From contig NC_042998.1 of the NCBI RefSeq assembly GCF_006345805.1, forward strand, positions 158,410,001 through 158,474,000: 64,000 nt of DNA. Direction: 5' to 3'. This DNA comes from Octopus sinensis (taxonomy: Eukaryota). This document shows positions 27,257 to 42,009 of this stretch, one piece after another; within the stretch, counting starts at the first letter, position 1; each line of letters opens with the position of its first letter. The notes under the pieces were generated by a model, which saw only the letters and a program-made list of their open reading frames with translations, was not told where the DNA came from and did not search any database. A program made the position numbers and the translations under genes.

Positions 27257-28267
27257 TGTATGTATGTATGCATATATGTATATACACACATAAATACACA
27301 AACACACACACACACACACACTCTCTACCTCTTTCTCTCTCTCTCAAACACACACATATAATTAACTACTTTTTAAAAAGAGGACAAATTTCTAAAAACC
27401 AGAAAATCTATAAAAATTAAAATATCTCTGCTTCGTAGTTATTGAAGATTCTACAAGAAAATTGAAAGAAATTGAAATGGGAAGGAATTGGTAACGACAA
27501 AAAAAAACGAATAATAATAAGAATAATAAATTCAAAAAATTAAATGTTGGAAAAGAAAGAAATAAAGAAAAAAGAATAAAGAAAGAAAGGGAAGAATAAT
27601 TTCTTACAATCGACACCAACATTCTCGCAGAAAGCAATGTCATCAACGACAGCACATCACTCTGTCTCCCTCGTTTCTTCGATATCTCGCCATTATCCCA
27701 AACAGCCCCTTAAATTATCGATACCAGCACCAGCTAGATCGTTTACAGCGAAGTTTGATAACTTTATTCGCCATCATCTTCTGTCTTGCAGAATGGAATT
27801 AAATGATACAATTACAGTTAGCTCACAGCTAGCGTGCACTTTTGTTGATGAGGTCAGCATGAATGAGACGATCAAAATACCCGCCTGTTCCTTATTAACC
27901 ATCAACATTGACCAAATCTTCTTCTTCTTCTTCTTCTTCTTCTTCTTCTTCTTCTTCTTCTTCTTCTTCTTCTTCTTCTTCTTCTTCTTCTTCTTCTTCT
28001 TCTTCTTCTCTTCTTCTTCTTCTTCTACTTCTCTTCATCATCATCATCATCTTTTCTCATTGCTTCCTATTCCATTCGCCTCTTCCTTACCTCCTCCTCC
28101 TCCTCCTCCTCCTTATCATCATCATTACTCGTGTTTCCTTTCTCTTTTCCCCTACCACACACAGACATTTATTAATTTATTTTATTTTTCAATTTATTTT
28201 GTCTTTATCTTATTTAATCGCACTATTTTTCTGCAATAGCCGCTGCCGTTGCTGCTGCTGCTGCTGC

Positions 28268-28300
<33 letters not shown>

Positions 28301-28604
28301 GTTTTTGTTGTTTTTGTTGTTGTTAGAGAGATCTATTTACTCTGTGATTGCGGCGACGATAATGAGAACGAGAGTAATGATGATATTGGATGGGGAAAGG
28401 CTGCCAGATTGTGTGACAGAAAAGGAGGAGTATGAGGAAGAGGTGGTTTATGTGGGGGAGACGAAGAGATAGAGAGAGGGGGTGAGAAATGATAGGAGAG
28501 GGAGGAAATGTAGCTTAGACCCAATTCAAATTTGATCAAGAAATTTTATGATCCATGACCTAGACGTTCCAGCTATGTCCATCCTGTCTTTTGTTTTTGG
28601 TATT

Positions 28605-29010
28605 TATTTTATCTTTTATTTGTTTCAGTCATTGGATTGCGGCAATGCTGCAGTACCACTTTGACGGGTTTGGTCAAACACATCATCCAATACCTTCCCT
28701 TTTTCTTTTTTTGAAGCCTGGTACATATTCTATCGTTGTATTTTGCCGAGCCGTTGTTACGGGGACGTAAACAAACTAACACCGGTTGTAAAGCGGTGGT
28801 GAGTGACAAACACAAACACACAAAGACACGCATAAATACATACATAAATACATAATACATACATGCATGCATCGATACATACATACATACATACATACAT
28901 ACATACATACATACATACATACATACATACATTATACCGCCTACTAAATCCACTCATAAGGCTTTCGTCGGCTCGCAGCTCTAGTAAGAAGGCAACTTCT
29001 CAGAATGCCA
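28605..29010 (-). mobile_element. SINE family A copy with (CATA)n core
   Basis: tttatttgtttcagtcattggattgcggcaatgctgcag tail; ttttgccgagccgttgttacggggacgtaaac; ctactaaatccactcataaggctttcgtcggc. Confidence 0.75.
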
Positions 29011-29966
29011 TGCAGTGTGATAATTTATACCCGTGATAATAATATAAAAGATATGAAGGCAGCCAAACTGGTACGTCGGGAAAATTGCTTAACGACATGT
29101 CGTCCGTTTTAACGTTCTGGGTTCAAATGCTGCCGGGGTCGACTTTGACTTCCATCCTTATCGGGATCGATAAAATGCCTAACAGTTGAGCACTGGTGCC
29201 GATTTAATCGGCTTGGTCTCTACTCCGAAATTGCTGTCCAAAATTTAAGACCAATATTATAAAAGATATTCAAATACGCTTTATACTACAGACCACATTT
29301 TAAACTATAACTTTTAAATTCACAAAAGCAGAAAAAAGATAAAGGAAAAGAAAGAAAGAAAGAAAGAAAAAAGAAAGGGGGTGTAAAGCAGCAGAAGGTG
29401 GAGAGGCGGAGCGATGGGTCATAATCTGCGGGACAGATATGATATGCTCAACTGCGGCCCGCAGTAATGGCTGTTACGACGTTGCCGCTGAGAATCGTCA
29501 ACGACACGCACTGCAGCAGCTATTCCACCTCTCGGTGCTTGTCCTTGTTTTTTTTTTTAAGACGACAGGCTCTGAACTGAGTGGGTTTTAGCAACTATTT
29601 CTAGTAAGTCTGGCGACTATGTTGAGTAGTGGTCCTTAACCGTGCTACGTATAAGATTTTGTCGTTAAAATTTATGCCTAATAGATTGGTTGTTTCTATA
29701 ATTCACAAAATATTTAAATATTTTTTAAAATACACTCCCTAATAGTATTTAACTATAAAAATGGCTATGTAGTAAGAAGTTTGCTCCCAACCACACGGTT
29801 CCGGGTTCAGTCTCACTGCATGGAACCTTAGACAAGTGTCTTCTATTGCAGCCTCAGGCCGACCAAAGCCTATTGAGTGGATTTAGTAGACGGAAAGAAA
29901 CCCGTCGCGCGGGTATCTTGGGGGGAAATTTCAAACCTGGGTTCTCATTCCTAAGGTATTTTTCGA

Positions 29967-30032
<66 letters not shown>

Positions 30033-30046
30033 GCACTACGCCATAT

Positions 30047-30365
30047 GCCCGTGGTATAGTAGTTAAGAGCGCGGGCTACTAACCACAAGATTCCGAGTTC
30101 GATTCGAAGCAGTGACCTGAACAATAATAATAATAATAATAATAACAATAACAATAATAATAATAATAATAATATAATAACAACATCAAAAATACCCCAG
30201 GAATGAGAACCCAGGCTTGAAATTTCCCTAAGACACCTGAAGAAGGCTGGATGGTATGTCAGCCGAAACGTTGTGTTAACAACAAACAAGATAACAAATA
30301 TCCGTCGAATGTAAATAATGTAAATAATGTACATAATTCCTCATCGCTTAAATATAGAACTGGAA
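30047..30365 (+). mobile_element. tRNA-headed short element with (AAT)n and hammerhead-like motif; partial inverted copy at 29911-30030
   Basis: A-box-like tggtatagtagtt, B-box gagttcgattc (30095-30105), (AAT)n, then aacatcaaaaatacc...gaaatttccc...; its reverse complement lies at 29911-29970. Confidence 0.7.
30232..30277 (+). ncRNA. Minimal type I hammerhead ribozyme-like motif
   Basis: GACAC-CTGAAGA-A-GGCTGG atggtatg TCAGCC-GAAAC GTT-GTGTT: 5-bp stem I, 6-bp stem II, loopless palindromic AACGTT stem III. Confidence 0.6.
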
Positions 30366-31668
30366 AAATATCTGTTTTCTCTGTCTTTGTCACTCTCTCT
30401 GCCTCTATCTGACTCTCTCTCAGCCTGTCTCTTTGTCTCTGTCTCTGTCTGTCTGGTTCTCTCTCTCTCACTCTCTCTTTCTTTCTCTCCTCTCCTCCTC
30501 TGCCTGTCTATCTGTCTGTGTGTGTGCATCTCTCTCTTCCTCCCTCTTTCTTTCTCTCTGTATTTTCTCCCTCTATATCCTCCCCCCTCTCTCTGTAGTG
30601 ATGTCGGTGGTAATAGTAGTTGGTACACAGGTAGTGGTAATAACGCTAGTGGGATAATGGTATTAATAACGATGGTAATAATTGTAGTAGCATTATTAGT
30701 ATTGATAATAGTGATGAAAAGTTATGGTAGTGTTAGTAGTGATTGTGGTGACAGTGATGGTGGTACGGGAGATGTTCTTAGTGGTGATAGTGGTAGTGGT
30801 GGTAACTGTAATTGTTTATGGAGGAGAGACGAGAAGAATTTCGACTTAAGATAAAATTTGGTTTTCTGAAATATAAACTAGAGGTATCAATGTAAAGTGC
30901 ATTATGAGACTTATAAGAGCTGATATATCTAAATGGAATGTTATGACAGTCTATGTAGTTGTATGTGTGGAAGAAGGGTAAAAGTACAGAGATAAAAGTG
31001 AAGTCAAAAGCATGCTAAAAGAGATGACGATATATGAGAGATATTGAAGGAGTACCGATCAACGTTTATTAGAAAGAGCGAAAATAGAGGATGCAGAAGT
31101 AAAGAAGAGTAGTATGAATGAGGTAGTGAACAATGATTGATAATAAACGTCATCAGAGCTAAGACTGTATCTTGATAATAGTTCTTACTCATCGTTGCTG
31201 AGATATTATCATAATGTCAGTCCTTCATGAGAGCTATGATTGTTTCGGAATAATAGTCCTTCTTCACCATAGCTAAACTGTATCATAATGACAGCCCTTC
31301 CTCATCATGGCTACTACAGTGTCATAATGGGAGTCCTTCCTCGGAAGTTTCTTAGAAGATGAATTTATAAAAAATTTTTCAGAGGGTCAAGCATTTAATA
31401 ATTGCTTTCTTTTTGTGCTTTTAGTAACTGTTACATAATTAATAAACAGCTTTCTCCATTACAATATAGATAAATAGAAGAGATAATATAGATAAATAGA
31501 AGGGTGTCGCGAATTGCTATTAATGTGGTCGGTACGAATGAAGGGGATGAAGTGAAAGGGATATTACAAGAAAGGGATTTTGTGTGAAAAGGAAAGAACA
31601 AAGTCAGTTTATGAAAACTTTATGTATGAAATAGAGTGAATGTGGGGCATTTGGTATGATGGCTTAGA

Positions 31669-31830
31669 GCAGTGCTCCGCAAATTTTTCACTTGCGGTAC
31701 ACTTATGTTCTTTTCAAAATTTGGCGGCACACCTGAACTAAAAATATAACTAGAAGTATAGGGAAAAAAAATTATATTCACATTACACTGCGGTGCATCT
31801 AGCATTGTCTCGAGGCACACCAGTTGGTTT
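31669..31830. mobile_element. hAT-like MITE relic
   Basis: Begins cagtgctccgcaaatttttcacttgcggtacac; contains repeated ggcacacc motifs; right end decayed. Confidence 0.35.
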
Positions 31831-33503
31831 AGAGAGAATATAAGGAGGGTTAAGAAATCGTGAATGGAAAGTGATGTGACAGCGGGACATGCAGTTTCTT
31901 CTATTGTCCAGACTGATTTTACAAGCCACTTGTTATTTACAAGCCAGTTCAAGTCGGCCTTGATGGAGCCGACATGTGGCCTAAGGCATTCCAACCATTT
32001 TAATATAACCATAACACTTTCTCTTGGATCACGGTATTCGATGTGTCCTTTTTTAAAGCGATAAAGTATGATTTGAGAGAGATTAGGTTGCTATTAATTA
32101 CAGGCCAAGTGGCACTTTAAAAGTCTCCTTACTGGGTGCTGATAGTAGTTATAAGAAAACGAACGATGTGGACTCATTTAGAAAGTGTACTGCTGTCGTT
32201 ATTGAATAATAACTAGTTCGTCCTGACAGCACAGACAACCACAACCAGTTGCTTGATAGTAATTGCCAGATCAAGGATCCCAGATATATAGAAGATACTC
32301 CTGCCTTATCAATGGAGGGCCTGGTGATTGCTTCAGGTGTCTGAGTTGAATTATTTTCTAAAGATCCTGTTTTTAATGCAGTGAATAATGTATTGAACTT
32401 TACACTGTGAACACGGGCAGCTCACCGTGAATGCACTTTTTTCGGTGTGAAATTTATCTGCTGGAAGTAAAAGGCAAGTGTAAGAATTGGAGATGTGTTC
32501 GTAAGCTTGGTTGGCCATTAAATGTAATAATAATTGAGAGTATGAGTAAAAATAAGCTAAGGTTTAGAATAAAAAAAGGTAAAATTGTGTAGGTAAAAAA
32601 ATTATTAAAAATAGAAAGCGATGATACGTGTAAGGGTAAAAGCGGGGGAGGAAATAAAGTGAAAGATGGCGGTTTACGTATGCAAGCGAAGTTATTTTAT
32701 AGAAGAAGAATGACAAGGGAAGATGGAGAAGAGAACATGTAGATGAATGAGTGCAGGTGGAAGGTTGAGAATGAAAACAGAATATCAAATGTGGAGGTTG
32801 AAGAGTGGAAGGATGAGAAGTGGAGGATTAGTGAAATGAGAAGTATTTTTGTAGAGAATGAATATACTAATGGCATGGCTGTGGTGGAGCTGTTGACTGA
32901 GGTGGTAGAGGTAAAGCTGGCGAAAGAAGCAATTATGATGATTATGTTAGAGAAGATAATAATAAAATATAAAGGGGGAGATGATGACGATCATGATGAC
33001 AATGAGGGGGCGAATATTGGTTTCGATGATAATTATGATGACGATAATAGTGGTGAAGGGTGTGGACAGGCGAGTTACAAAGGATTAATTAGAAGGCTGA
33101 CGACGACGACTACTACGACGAAGATGATGATGATGATGATAGCGGTGTGTTAGTGATTTTGACCCTGAAGCATGTTTACTTGGTGACAAATAATTGAGAC
33201 TGAGAAAGTGCGAAGCATTGTAGGAAAAGAAAGGGTGGTGAGTAGAGATTTGTAAAATAATTAGAATCGCTCACCATGTGTAGATACTATTGCGTATGTG
33301 TGTATACGTGCGTGTACGTTTGAGTATGTCTGTTTATGGGTGTGTTCGTCTGCGCGGTACACACGCGCGTGTGTGTGTGCCAGAACGCTTTTGTGATTCA
33401 ATGTCTATGTGTCTATGCGAATAGGGTATTATCTATTCACATACATTGATATATATGCTTCTGCCGAAACGACTGTGTGAGCGTATTTTTTCTGTACGGT
33501 ATA

Positions 33504-33583
33504 CAGTAATCCCTCGCCATATCGCGTTTCACCTAACGCGGAGGTTTCGGAACGTAACAACCGCGATGGCCGAGGAATTACTG
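33504..33583. mobile_element. 80-bp Tc1/mariner-superfamily (pogo/Tigger-like) MITE
   Basis: TA|CAGTAATCCCTCG...CGAGGAATTACTG|TA: terminal inverted repeats plus TA target duplication; longer sister copy at 47026-47244. Confidence 0.8.
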
Positions 33584-33608
33584 TACAAACACAGACACAC
33601 ATACATAC

Positions 33609-33651
<43 letters not shown>

Positions 33652-33658
33652 CGCGTAT

Positions 33659-33719
<61 letters not shown>

Positions 33720-34272
33720 CAGATAGATAGATCTATTAGTGAAATGAAGTGTATCTTTGTAGAGAATGAAAATACTAATGCGGTGGAGGTGGTAGTGGCC
33801 GTGGTGGAGCTAGTAACTGAATTGGTAGGGGTAAAAGTGGTAAAAGAAGTAATTATGATGATGATGATGTTTTTGAAGATAATGATGAAGGACATATGGG
33901 GAGTTGATGATGACGATCACGAGAATGAAGAGGAGAATGTTGGTTATGATGATAATTATGATGACGATAATAGTGTTAAAGGGGGATTATATATATACAT
34001 ACATACACACGCGTGCATGCATGCGTGTGTGTATTCCCATCTGAGGAGAGAATTCCAGTTAGTGTGACGCTGCAATTTCCGGTCCTCAAAGGAAATCGTT
34101 ACTTTATAGAAGTTCTGAACTCTCTATTTCATTGAGGTAGTCATATTGTATAGTGGAGTAGTACACCAATGGCCGCTTGTTACTGATACATACATACATA
34201 CATACATACATACATACATACATACATGTGTATATAAGTACATGTACATGTACATGCATATATGTGTATATA

Positions 34273-35243
<971 letters not shown>

Positions 35244-35252
35244 TATATATAT

Positions 35253-35415
35253 AGGCGTAGGAGTGGCTGTGTGGTAAGTAGCTTGCTTACGAACCACATG
35301 GTTCTGGGTTCAGTCACACTGCGTGGCACCTTGGGTAAGTGTCTTCTACTATAACCTCGGGCCGACCAAAGCCTTGTGAGTGGATTAGGTAGACGGAAAC
35401 TGAAAGAAGCCCGTC

Positions 35416-35420
<5 letters not shown>
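35253..35420 (+). mobile_element. SINE family A 5' half (second 5' half at 36010-36170)
   Basis: ggcgtaggagtggctgtgtggtaag...gtagacggaaactgaaagaagcccgtcg(TA)n. Confidence 0.85.
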
Positions 35421-35452
<32 letters not shown>

Positions 35453-35562
35453 GATGAATATGGTACTTATGTTGAGACACCAGAATTTAGTACGGTATTA
35501 TCCATACAAGTTCAAAATAAAGTGATTAAAATCAAAATAAGCAACAAGGATATCCAGAGGCA

Positions 35563-35663
35563 ATGCAGTACGTTCGTTTCAAGGAACTTCATTTAATTGA
35601 ACAATGAAAGTGAACAATGCAATCGTTACCTTAATTTAGATACAGAGCAATCCTCAGCTGCAT
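35563..35663 (-). ncRNA. Type I hammerhead-like motif, decayed stem II
   Basis: Minus strand ATGCAG-CTGAGGA-...-GAAAC GAAC GTA-CTGCAT: perfect 6-bp stem I; the inverted partial copy at 35925-35943 has the palindromic loop GAAAC GATC GTA. Confidence 0.5.
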
Positions 35664-36168
35664 AAAAACATAGAATTTAATTAAATGGACACATTAGTAT
35701 AATTTTATCTAGAACCTCCAAGAAAGTATGGAGATAGACAAAGAACCTGCCGTTTTCACTTCAGCTTAGAAGCTACTAGGGTATCAGGAAGAAAAAACTT
35801 GTTAGAGATCTAGCTTGTCCGTGTGTTTGGGGTCAGTTTTAATTTATAGTCTTGTTCATCAAACCTTTGTATATCTAAAGCCAAAAGAACAAGGACTTCA
35901 GTTTTCAATTAAATGGAGCTGCTTGAAACGATCGTACTGCATTACCTCTGGATATCCTTGTTGCTTATTTTGATTTTATATGTATGCATATATATATATA
36001 TATATATGCGCGCAGGCGTGGCAGTGTGGTAAAAAACTTGCTTCCCAGCCACATGCTTCGGGGTTCTGTCCGCTGCGTGTCACCTTGGGTCTCTTCTACT
36101 AAAACCCCGGGCCGATCAAAAGCTTGTGAGTGGATTTGGTAGACGGAAACTGAAAGAAGCCCGTCGTG

Positions 36169-36200
<32 letters not shown>

Positions 36201-36972
36201 TATGTATATATATATATGTGTGTTATGTGTGTGTGTATGCATGTATGTATTTATATGTGCACATATATACAGATGTATATTTATGTATATGTGCATGCCT
36301 TAATCATGCATATATATATATATTTATCCACACATGCTTGGAACTTCTTTGTATTCGAGTGACTGAACAAATATTATCATCTTGCACAGTTTGTGTACTT
36401 TTGTCACTCAAATGAATGATGGTGCACTGTGCGCCTAAGTGAGTATTCATGTTGCTTGTATATATATCCCACCCTTGCCTTATACTTCTGTCTGCCTATG
36501 CGTATATGTTGTGCTCATATTTCTGTGTCGTTGTTCGGGAGTCTTTTCAACTGATATAATGAACATTTGAATTGAATCAACGAATTGCTATGATATTGCG
36601 TTATATAAAGAGAGTGAATGCGGCGGAGAGATAGTGCAGTTGAGAACGGATGCGGTGGATGGGAGAGTGCAGAAGATGTCCACTAACAACAAAACAATAA
36701 AGCAACATCAATAAAAGGAGAACTTATAGTAGATAATTAGAAGTGTGAATTAGAAATGGGTGTATTGAAGATTAAGTGATGTGTGTTTAATTGTTTTAGA
36801 GGATATGTAGGAGGCGGGAACAAAACAACTATTCTAATATTTTTCGTCCTACGTTTACTCTTCGTTCAACATGTTTAATTGTTCCTGATACTTTGCTTGT
36901 AGTTGATATATAATACTAACAACAACAACAATAATAATAAGGATAATAATAAATGTGTACGCATTGTATGTG

Positions 36973-37025
<53 letters not shown>

Positions 37026-38979
37026 GAGCACTCTGTCGGTTACGACGACGAGGGTTCCAGTTGATATGATCAAGAGCAAGTGGCAGAGAACTCCACAGAC
37101 ACGTGTACTCTGTGGTTCTCAGAAAGATTTGGCGTGACACAGTGTGACATGATACTCTTCTGGTTTGAATGTTCTATGAAGAAAACTTATTAAAATCAAG
37201 ATGCATGGAGTAAATCTGGTTTTGGTATATTCCGTTCTTCTCCCTACTTCTCCCTACCACCTCTTTCTCTCTCTTTCCTACCATTCTCCCCCTCTCTCTA
37301 TCTCTCTCCGTCTCTCTCTGCCTTTGTGCATCTTGACGTTCTCTCACTAGTCTAACTTATTCACCTACCAATGAATCAGGTTCCTCTATTAAAATTCAAT
37401 TTGTTTGTTTGCCTTCGCCTTCGTATGGCGGAGATAATTTATCTTAATCCCAAATGAATGCAACATTTCTTACCTATGCAAAATATATGTTATTATAAAA
37501 ATAGCTTTACCTTTTATTTAAAAAAAAATTAATTAAAATACATGTATTTTTTACATGAAATTTTATCTGGGTAACTAGAAAAACAGAGGATGAAACTCTA
37601 AAGATAATATGTATTTGTCATATTGTAGCGGTCTATCATCACAATAGTTACATCGCAACAAAAAATATTTTAATAGAACTAAGTACCGAGTTTTTACATG
37701 GTCATTCGATGTGCAATTCTCCCTCAAATAGTAAGTGGTGAAAGAAGCAATTATGATGATGATGATGATGAGGACGATGTTAGTGAAGATAATAATAAAT
37801 GATAGAGGGGGAGTTGATGATGACGATCATGAGAATGAAGAGGAGAATGTTAGTTATGATGATGATTATGATGACGGTGATAATGGTGCAGGGTGATTAC
37901 ATGTGTTAACATGCGCATCATTGCGGCGATATAAACTTCATTTAATCAAGATACTCGTGGCCTGATGAGTAGCCTGCGGCATACACCTCGCTTGGATATT
38001 TACCCCATCCAATGGAAAAACGAATGATGATGACCTTTATGAAGAAAAAACCCCACGGGTCACGGTTAGATAGTTTTTGACCATAGTTCTACTGCATCCG
38101 GTTGTTAAATAATAACATATTGCATTTCTTGATGGCTAAATTATAATATATATATAAACTGCCGAGAATCGAACAAGTATTGCAATGCATTCTAACTGTG
38201 TTTCGAAATATTCGTTCATCTCTCAGCAGTTCGTTTTCAAATGCTTTCGATGTGTGTGCGTGATTGACCCACTCTACCGCTTGACAACCGGTGTTGGTGT
38301 GTTTATGTCTCTATAACTTAACAGTTCAGAAAACAGAATGTACCAGAAAAAGAGGATGTACCAAGCTTAAAAAAAAAGAAGTAAAAATCAGGTATTGGGG
38401 TCGATTCTTTTCGACTAAAAATTTTTAAATGCCGTGCCCCACATAGCCGCTGTCTAATAACGGAAACGAATAAAAGAATAAAATAATATGTTTTGTAGCT
38501 TACTTGCATATATTACTGACCTCGAAGACTACATGTCCTGACAAAGTTCCAATGTCACGAAATATTGGAATTTACAGCTGTTTGTCACGATCAGAAATAG
38601 GCGATGAATTGCCAAAAGGATGTCTATTTAAAGTAGTGTACGAGTTTGTAATTCGCAAACAACGGTCAAATGAATATATGGATCAATTCTTCCTGGTTAA
38701 AGACTGTTGCTTTAAGGCCTTACCGTCCAAATTTCATACGAAAAATTTAATAAGTGATTCTTTTATTTATGGAATAATGTCGACCAATATAAGACGTATT
38801 CTATCCCCATATAAAACACTAGACGAGGAACTTGTAATGTTAGAAGCAAGAATATTGGATTTAACTTTATCGAATGTGAGCATTTATAAACAGTGTATCC
38901 TCGTAAATATCACAGCTATTACAACAGAACTTAAGAAGGAAAGAGCTATTCCGCAGAAATGGTGTGTGTGTGTGTGTTG

Positions 38980-39095
<116 letters not shown>

Positions 39096-40473
39096 TGTGA
39101 GTGTGTATGTGCGTGCAGGCGTGCATGTGTGCGCGTATCTATGTTGAGTTGTCTGTGGAAGCTATTGGCCAGAGATTTGTCTCTCAATATTCTTCAGTGG
39201 AATTTAGGTTTAATGTCCCTGAAACCTATCTAGTGTTGTGAAATTTCCCTGCTTGATCAACGTATCTGTCAACCTATCAAGCTACGTATGTATCAACCCA
39301 TCAATCCACGTATGCATCAACCAATCAATGTCTCTGGCTAACTGTTTCACTAACTTTATATGAAATAGAAATATTGCTTTCAGAAAACCCAAAGTTAAAA
39401 ATGAAAGAAGTATTACCTAATGTATTAACAGATATGCTATGCTTGAAAACAAGATCAAATGATCACAGCTTCATCGTCTTTGATAATAATTCTGAGTTAA
39501 ATAATAAACAGCTCTGCGAGCTAAGAAAGGAAATTCCACACAACCACCCAACACACTGAACATAACTAAGTGGCTTTCTAGACACTGTCTAAGTTAACTA
39601 GGAAGATATATGGGATTGTGTGTTCCTATTGACTCTATTCCTTGAAAACAAAAGACGGGGTGATCACTGCTAAAAAGCTTTTCAACGAGTGTTCACTGAA
39701 CCAGGGTTAACGTAGAAAGTCATGATTCTTTAATGTAGGCATTCCCTGAAACACATGGAATTTTCTCGAAGTGTTCACCAAGAGTAAAATAAACTAATAT
39801 TTTCTCCACTAATACTCTACTTTGTTGGTTAGCTACCCCTTTAACTTTACTATATTTCATTTACAAGAGGCGTTCACAAACTGGAATCCTGGCGTTTTGA
39901 GATGGTATTTCTGGGAGAAGCGACAAAGATGGGATGTATATATTTTTTAACACCACTTTTTAGAATATATGTCTTAAATTACTAAGCTCCCAAGAATTTT
40001 ATTATTCTACATGTATAAACTTCACGCTGAAAAGATTATGACCAAGAGATTTTGGTCCGCTTATTTGTTGCGACATACTCATATGAATATGGAGTCAGCT
40101 CTTCAAGCAAGACACAAAATCTAGGAATTTCCTGAATCCACAGGCAGACCTACAGATTGCAACCGCCAAGCAAGTTCTCTAATTTGATCAAATCATGAAT
40201 GAGGACTAGGAATGAATAAGTCATTGAATTTTATTTAAGATTGTGATTGATTTCACTGTTTAGAGTTTTTAACTAATTGTCCAATTTACATTTCCATTTT
40301 ATACATTGAGTAAAAAGCATATTTTTCTTCAGTTTATTTACTCATCTTCACTACAGTATGTGATTCTATTTTAAGAAAAATAGATAATAGCAAAATGACT
40401 TTTACCTCTTCAAATGTGATTTGTAGTGTGGTGCAAAAATTTCCTAGAAAAGGCTGGGAGCCCCCACAATATT

Positions 40474-40858
40474 GATAATGTTGCATTTCGAGAGGGTCAT
40501 TTTTCCTTGTCAAATAAACACACGCACTGTATTTTCATTTTTCACTCGCTTATTATTGTTCTTATTTTATCTTATGTCCATTGTTTGGAAATCTTTCGTC
40601 ACACATCTGTGAACTCTTCAGCGACTCTTCTGTTCTGTTTAGTCCATTCTATCTTTGTAGATAGAGTGGACTAAACAGAACAGCAGGATACACGTGCATG
40701 GGTGAGTCACTGAAGAGGTCACGGATGCGTGACGGAAGATTTCCAGACAATGGACATATAATAAAACAAGAACAATAATAAACGTGTAAAGAACGAATAT
40801 ATAGTGCGTGTGTTTATTTGGCATGAAAAAAATGACCACCCCGAAATATAACATTATC
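40474..40858. repeat. Old fold-back duplication with a hammerhead-like motif in each arm
   Basis: Arms mirror about tctatc-tttgta-gataga (~40656); + arm CTGAAGA-G-GTCAC ggatgc GTGAC-GGAA-GATTTC (40710-40743); - arm CTGAAGA-G-TTCAC agatgt GTGAC-GAAA-GATTTC. Confidence 0.75.
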
Positions 40859-40941
40859 TGTTTCATTAACATTAACATGATTTCACGTCAGGAATCTGGC
40901 AAAACAAATTCATAAACGTAATATTGATTATATATTTACAG

Positions 40942-41045
40942 ATGTCAGGCGGGAACTGGTCTTTGTACGGTAGACAAAGCTCATCGCAATCAATGTCAAG
41001 CATGTCGGTTGAAAAAATGTCTTCAGATGGGTATGAACAAAGATG
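40942..41045 (+). CDS. NR2E3: NR2E3/PNR nuclear receptor, second zinc-finger exon (104 nt)
   Basis: Acceptor tatatttacag|; phase 2 matches the previous exon (AG+A = Arg); encodes [34 protein letters not shown]; donor G|gtaagt at 41046. Confidence 0.95.
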
Positions 41046-42009
41046 GTAAGTACATAATCATTCTCATCGCATAAAATATTGTCTTTCGTCTTTTCTTTTG
41101 ATTTTGATTTTAATTTTTATTTCTTAAATCTCCTATTTCATTTTTTTTATTTTTGGAGGATTAAGACATAATTGAAAAATGCTTTTTCTCGGTTTTCAGA
41201 TCATATTCAGTGAACGCAGAAATAACACGAGTTAATAATATTTTTTACAGAAAAATACAAAATGTTTATGAATAACTAATAATTATCAGTGTAGGTTAAA
41301 AAACAAATAATAACAACAGAGAAAGAAGCCTATTCCGTGAGAAGAGATGAGTTCTTAAATTAGAGGGCTGACCTCTTTTCGAAGAATGGATGCGTATGAA
41401 ACCTCAAAACTTATTTTCCCCCACGAAATATAAATCTACGTACAAATTATGATGATATACATTATCATCAAGCAAAAATTATTATGAAGGAGTGAATATT
41501 ACTTAAAAACATTTTCTTTCTTTTTTTAATTAGTGGATGTTGGATTTATTATGTCCTAAATAAAGTTATTAACATGAAATCTTTCCGGGATCCATTTATA
41601 ACATGCTGTTACATGTTGTTTCTGATCTTCGACATATTTGCGTTGATCTGCGCCGATGTTGGTACTAACAGATATTTTAAAGTTAAAATCCCTAAAGGCA
41701 ATTAATAACATCTTTCTAAGGTCTCTCAAGCTTATGATTATTCATTTAGCGGAAAATTAACAGATCATCTTTATGCAGGCCAAATTACGTGAGATGAAAT
41801 TTCCATTGAATACATAAAATACTGTTAAATCATAAGCGGTATTATATGTGCTTTTCACCATTACTTTCGACTTTAAGATTGTTTGAAAGCAATGGATGAA
41901 TTCCTAGAGAGCAGATAGCATAATTTTAAATTCATTAATGAAGAAACATGTATTTGTTCTACGAAGAAAAAAAGAGAAAATTAAGACTTCCTGACATGCA
42001 TGATAATAC

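Noticed and set aside
30047-30110. tRNA gene
   Set aside because: A/B boxes present but no complete cloverleaf; SINE head. The same applies to 46670-46727 and 58914-58985.
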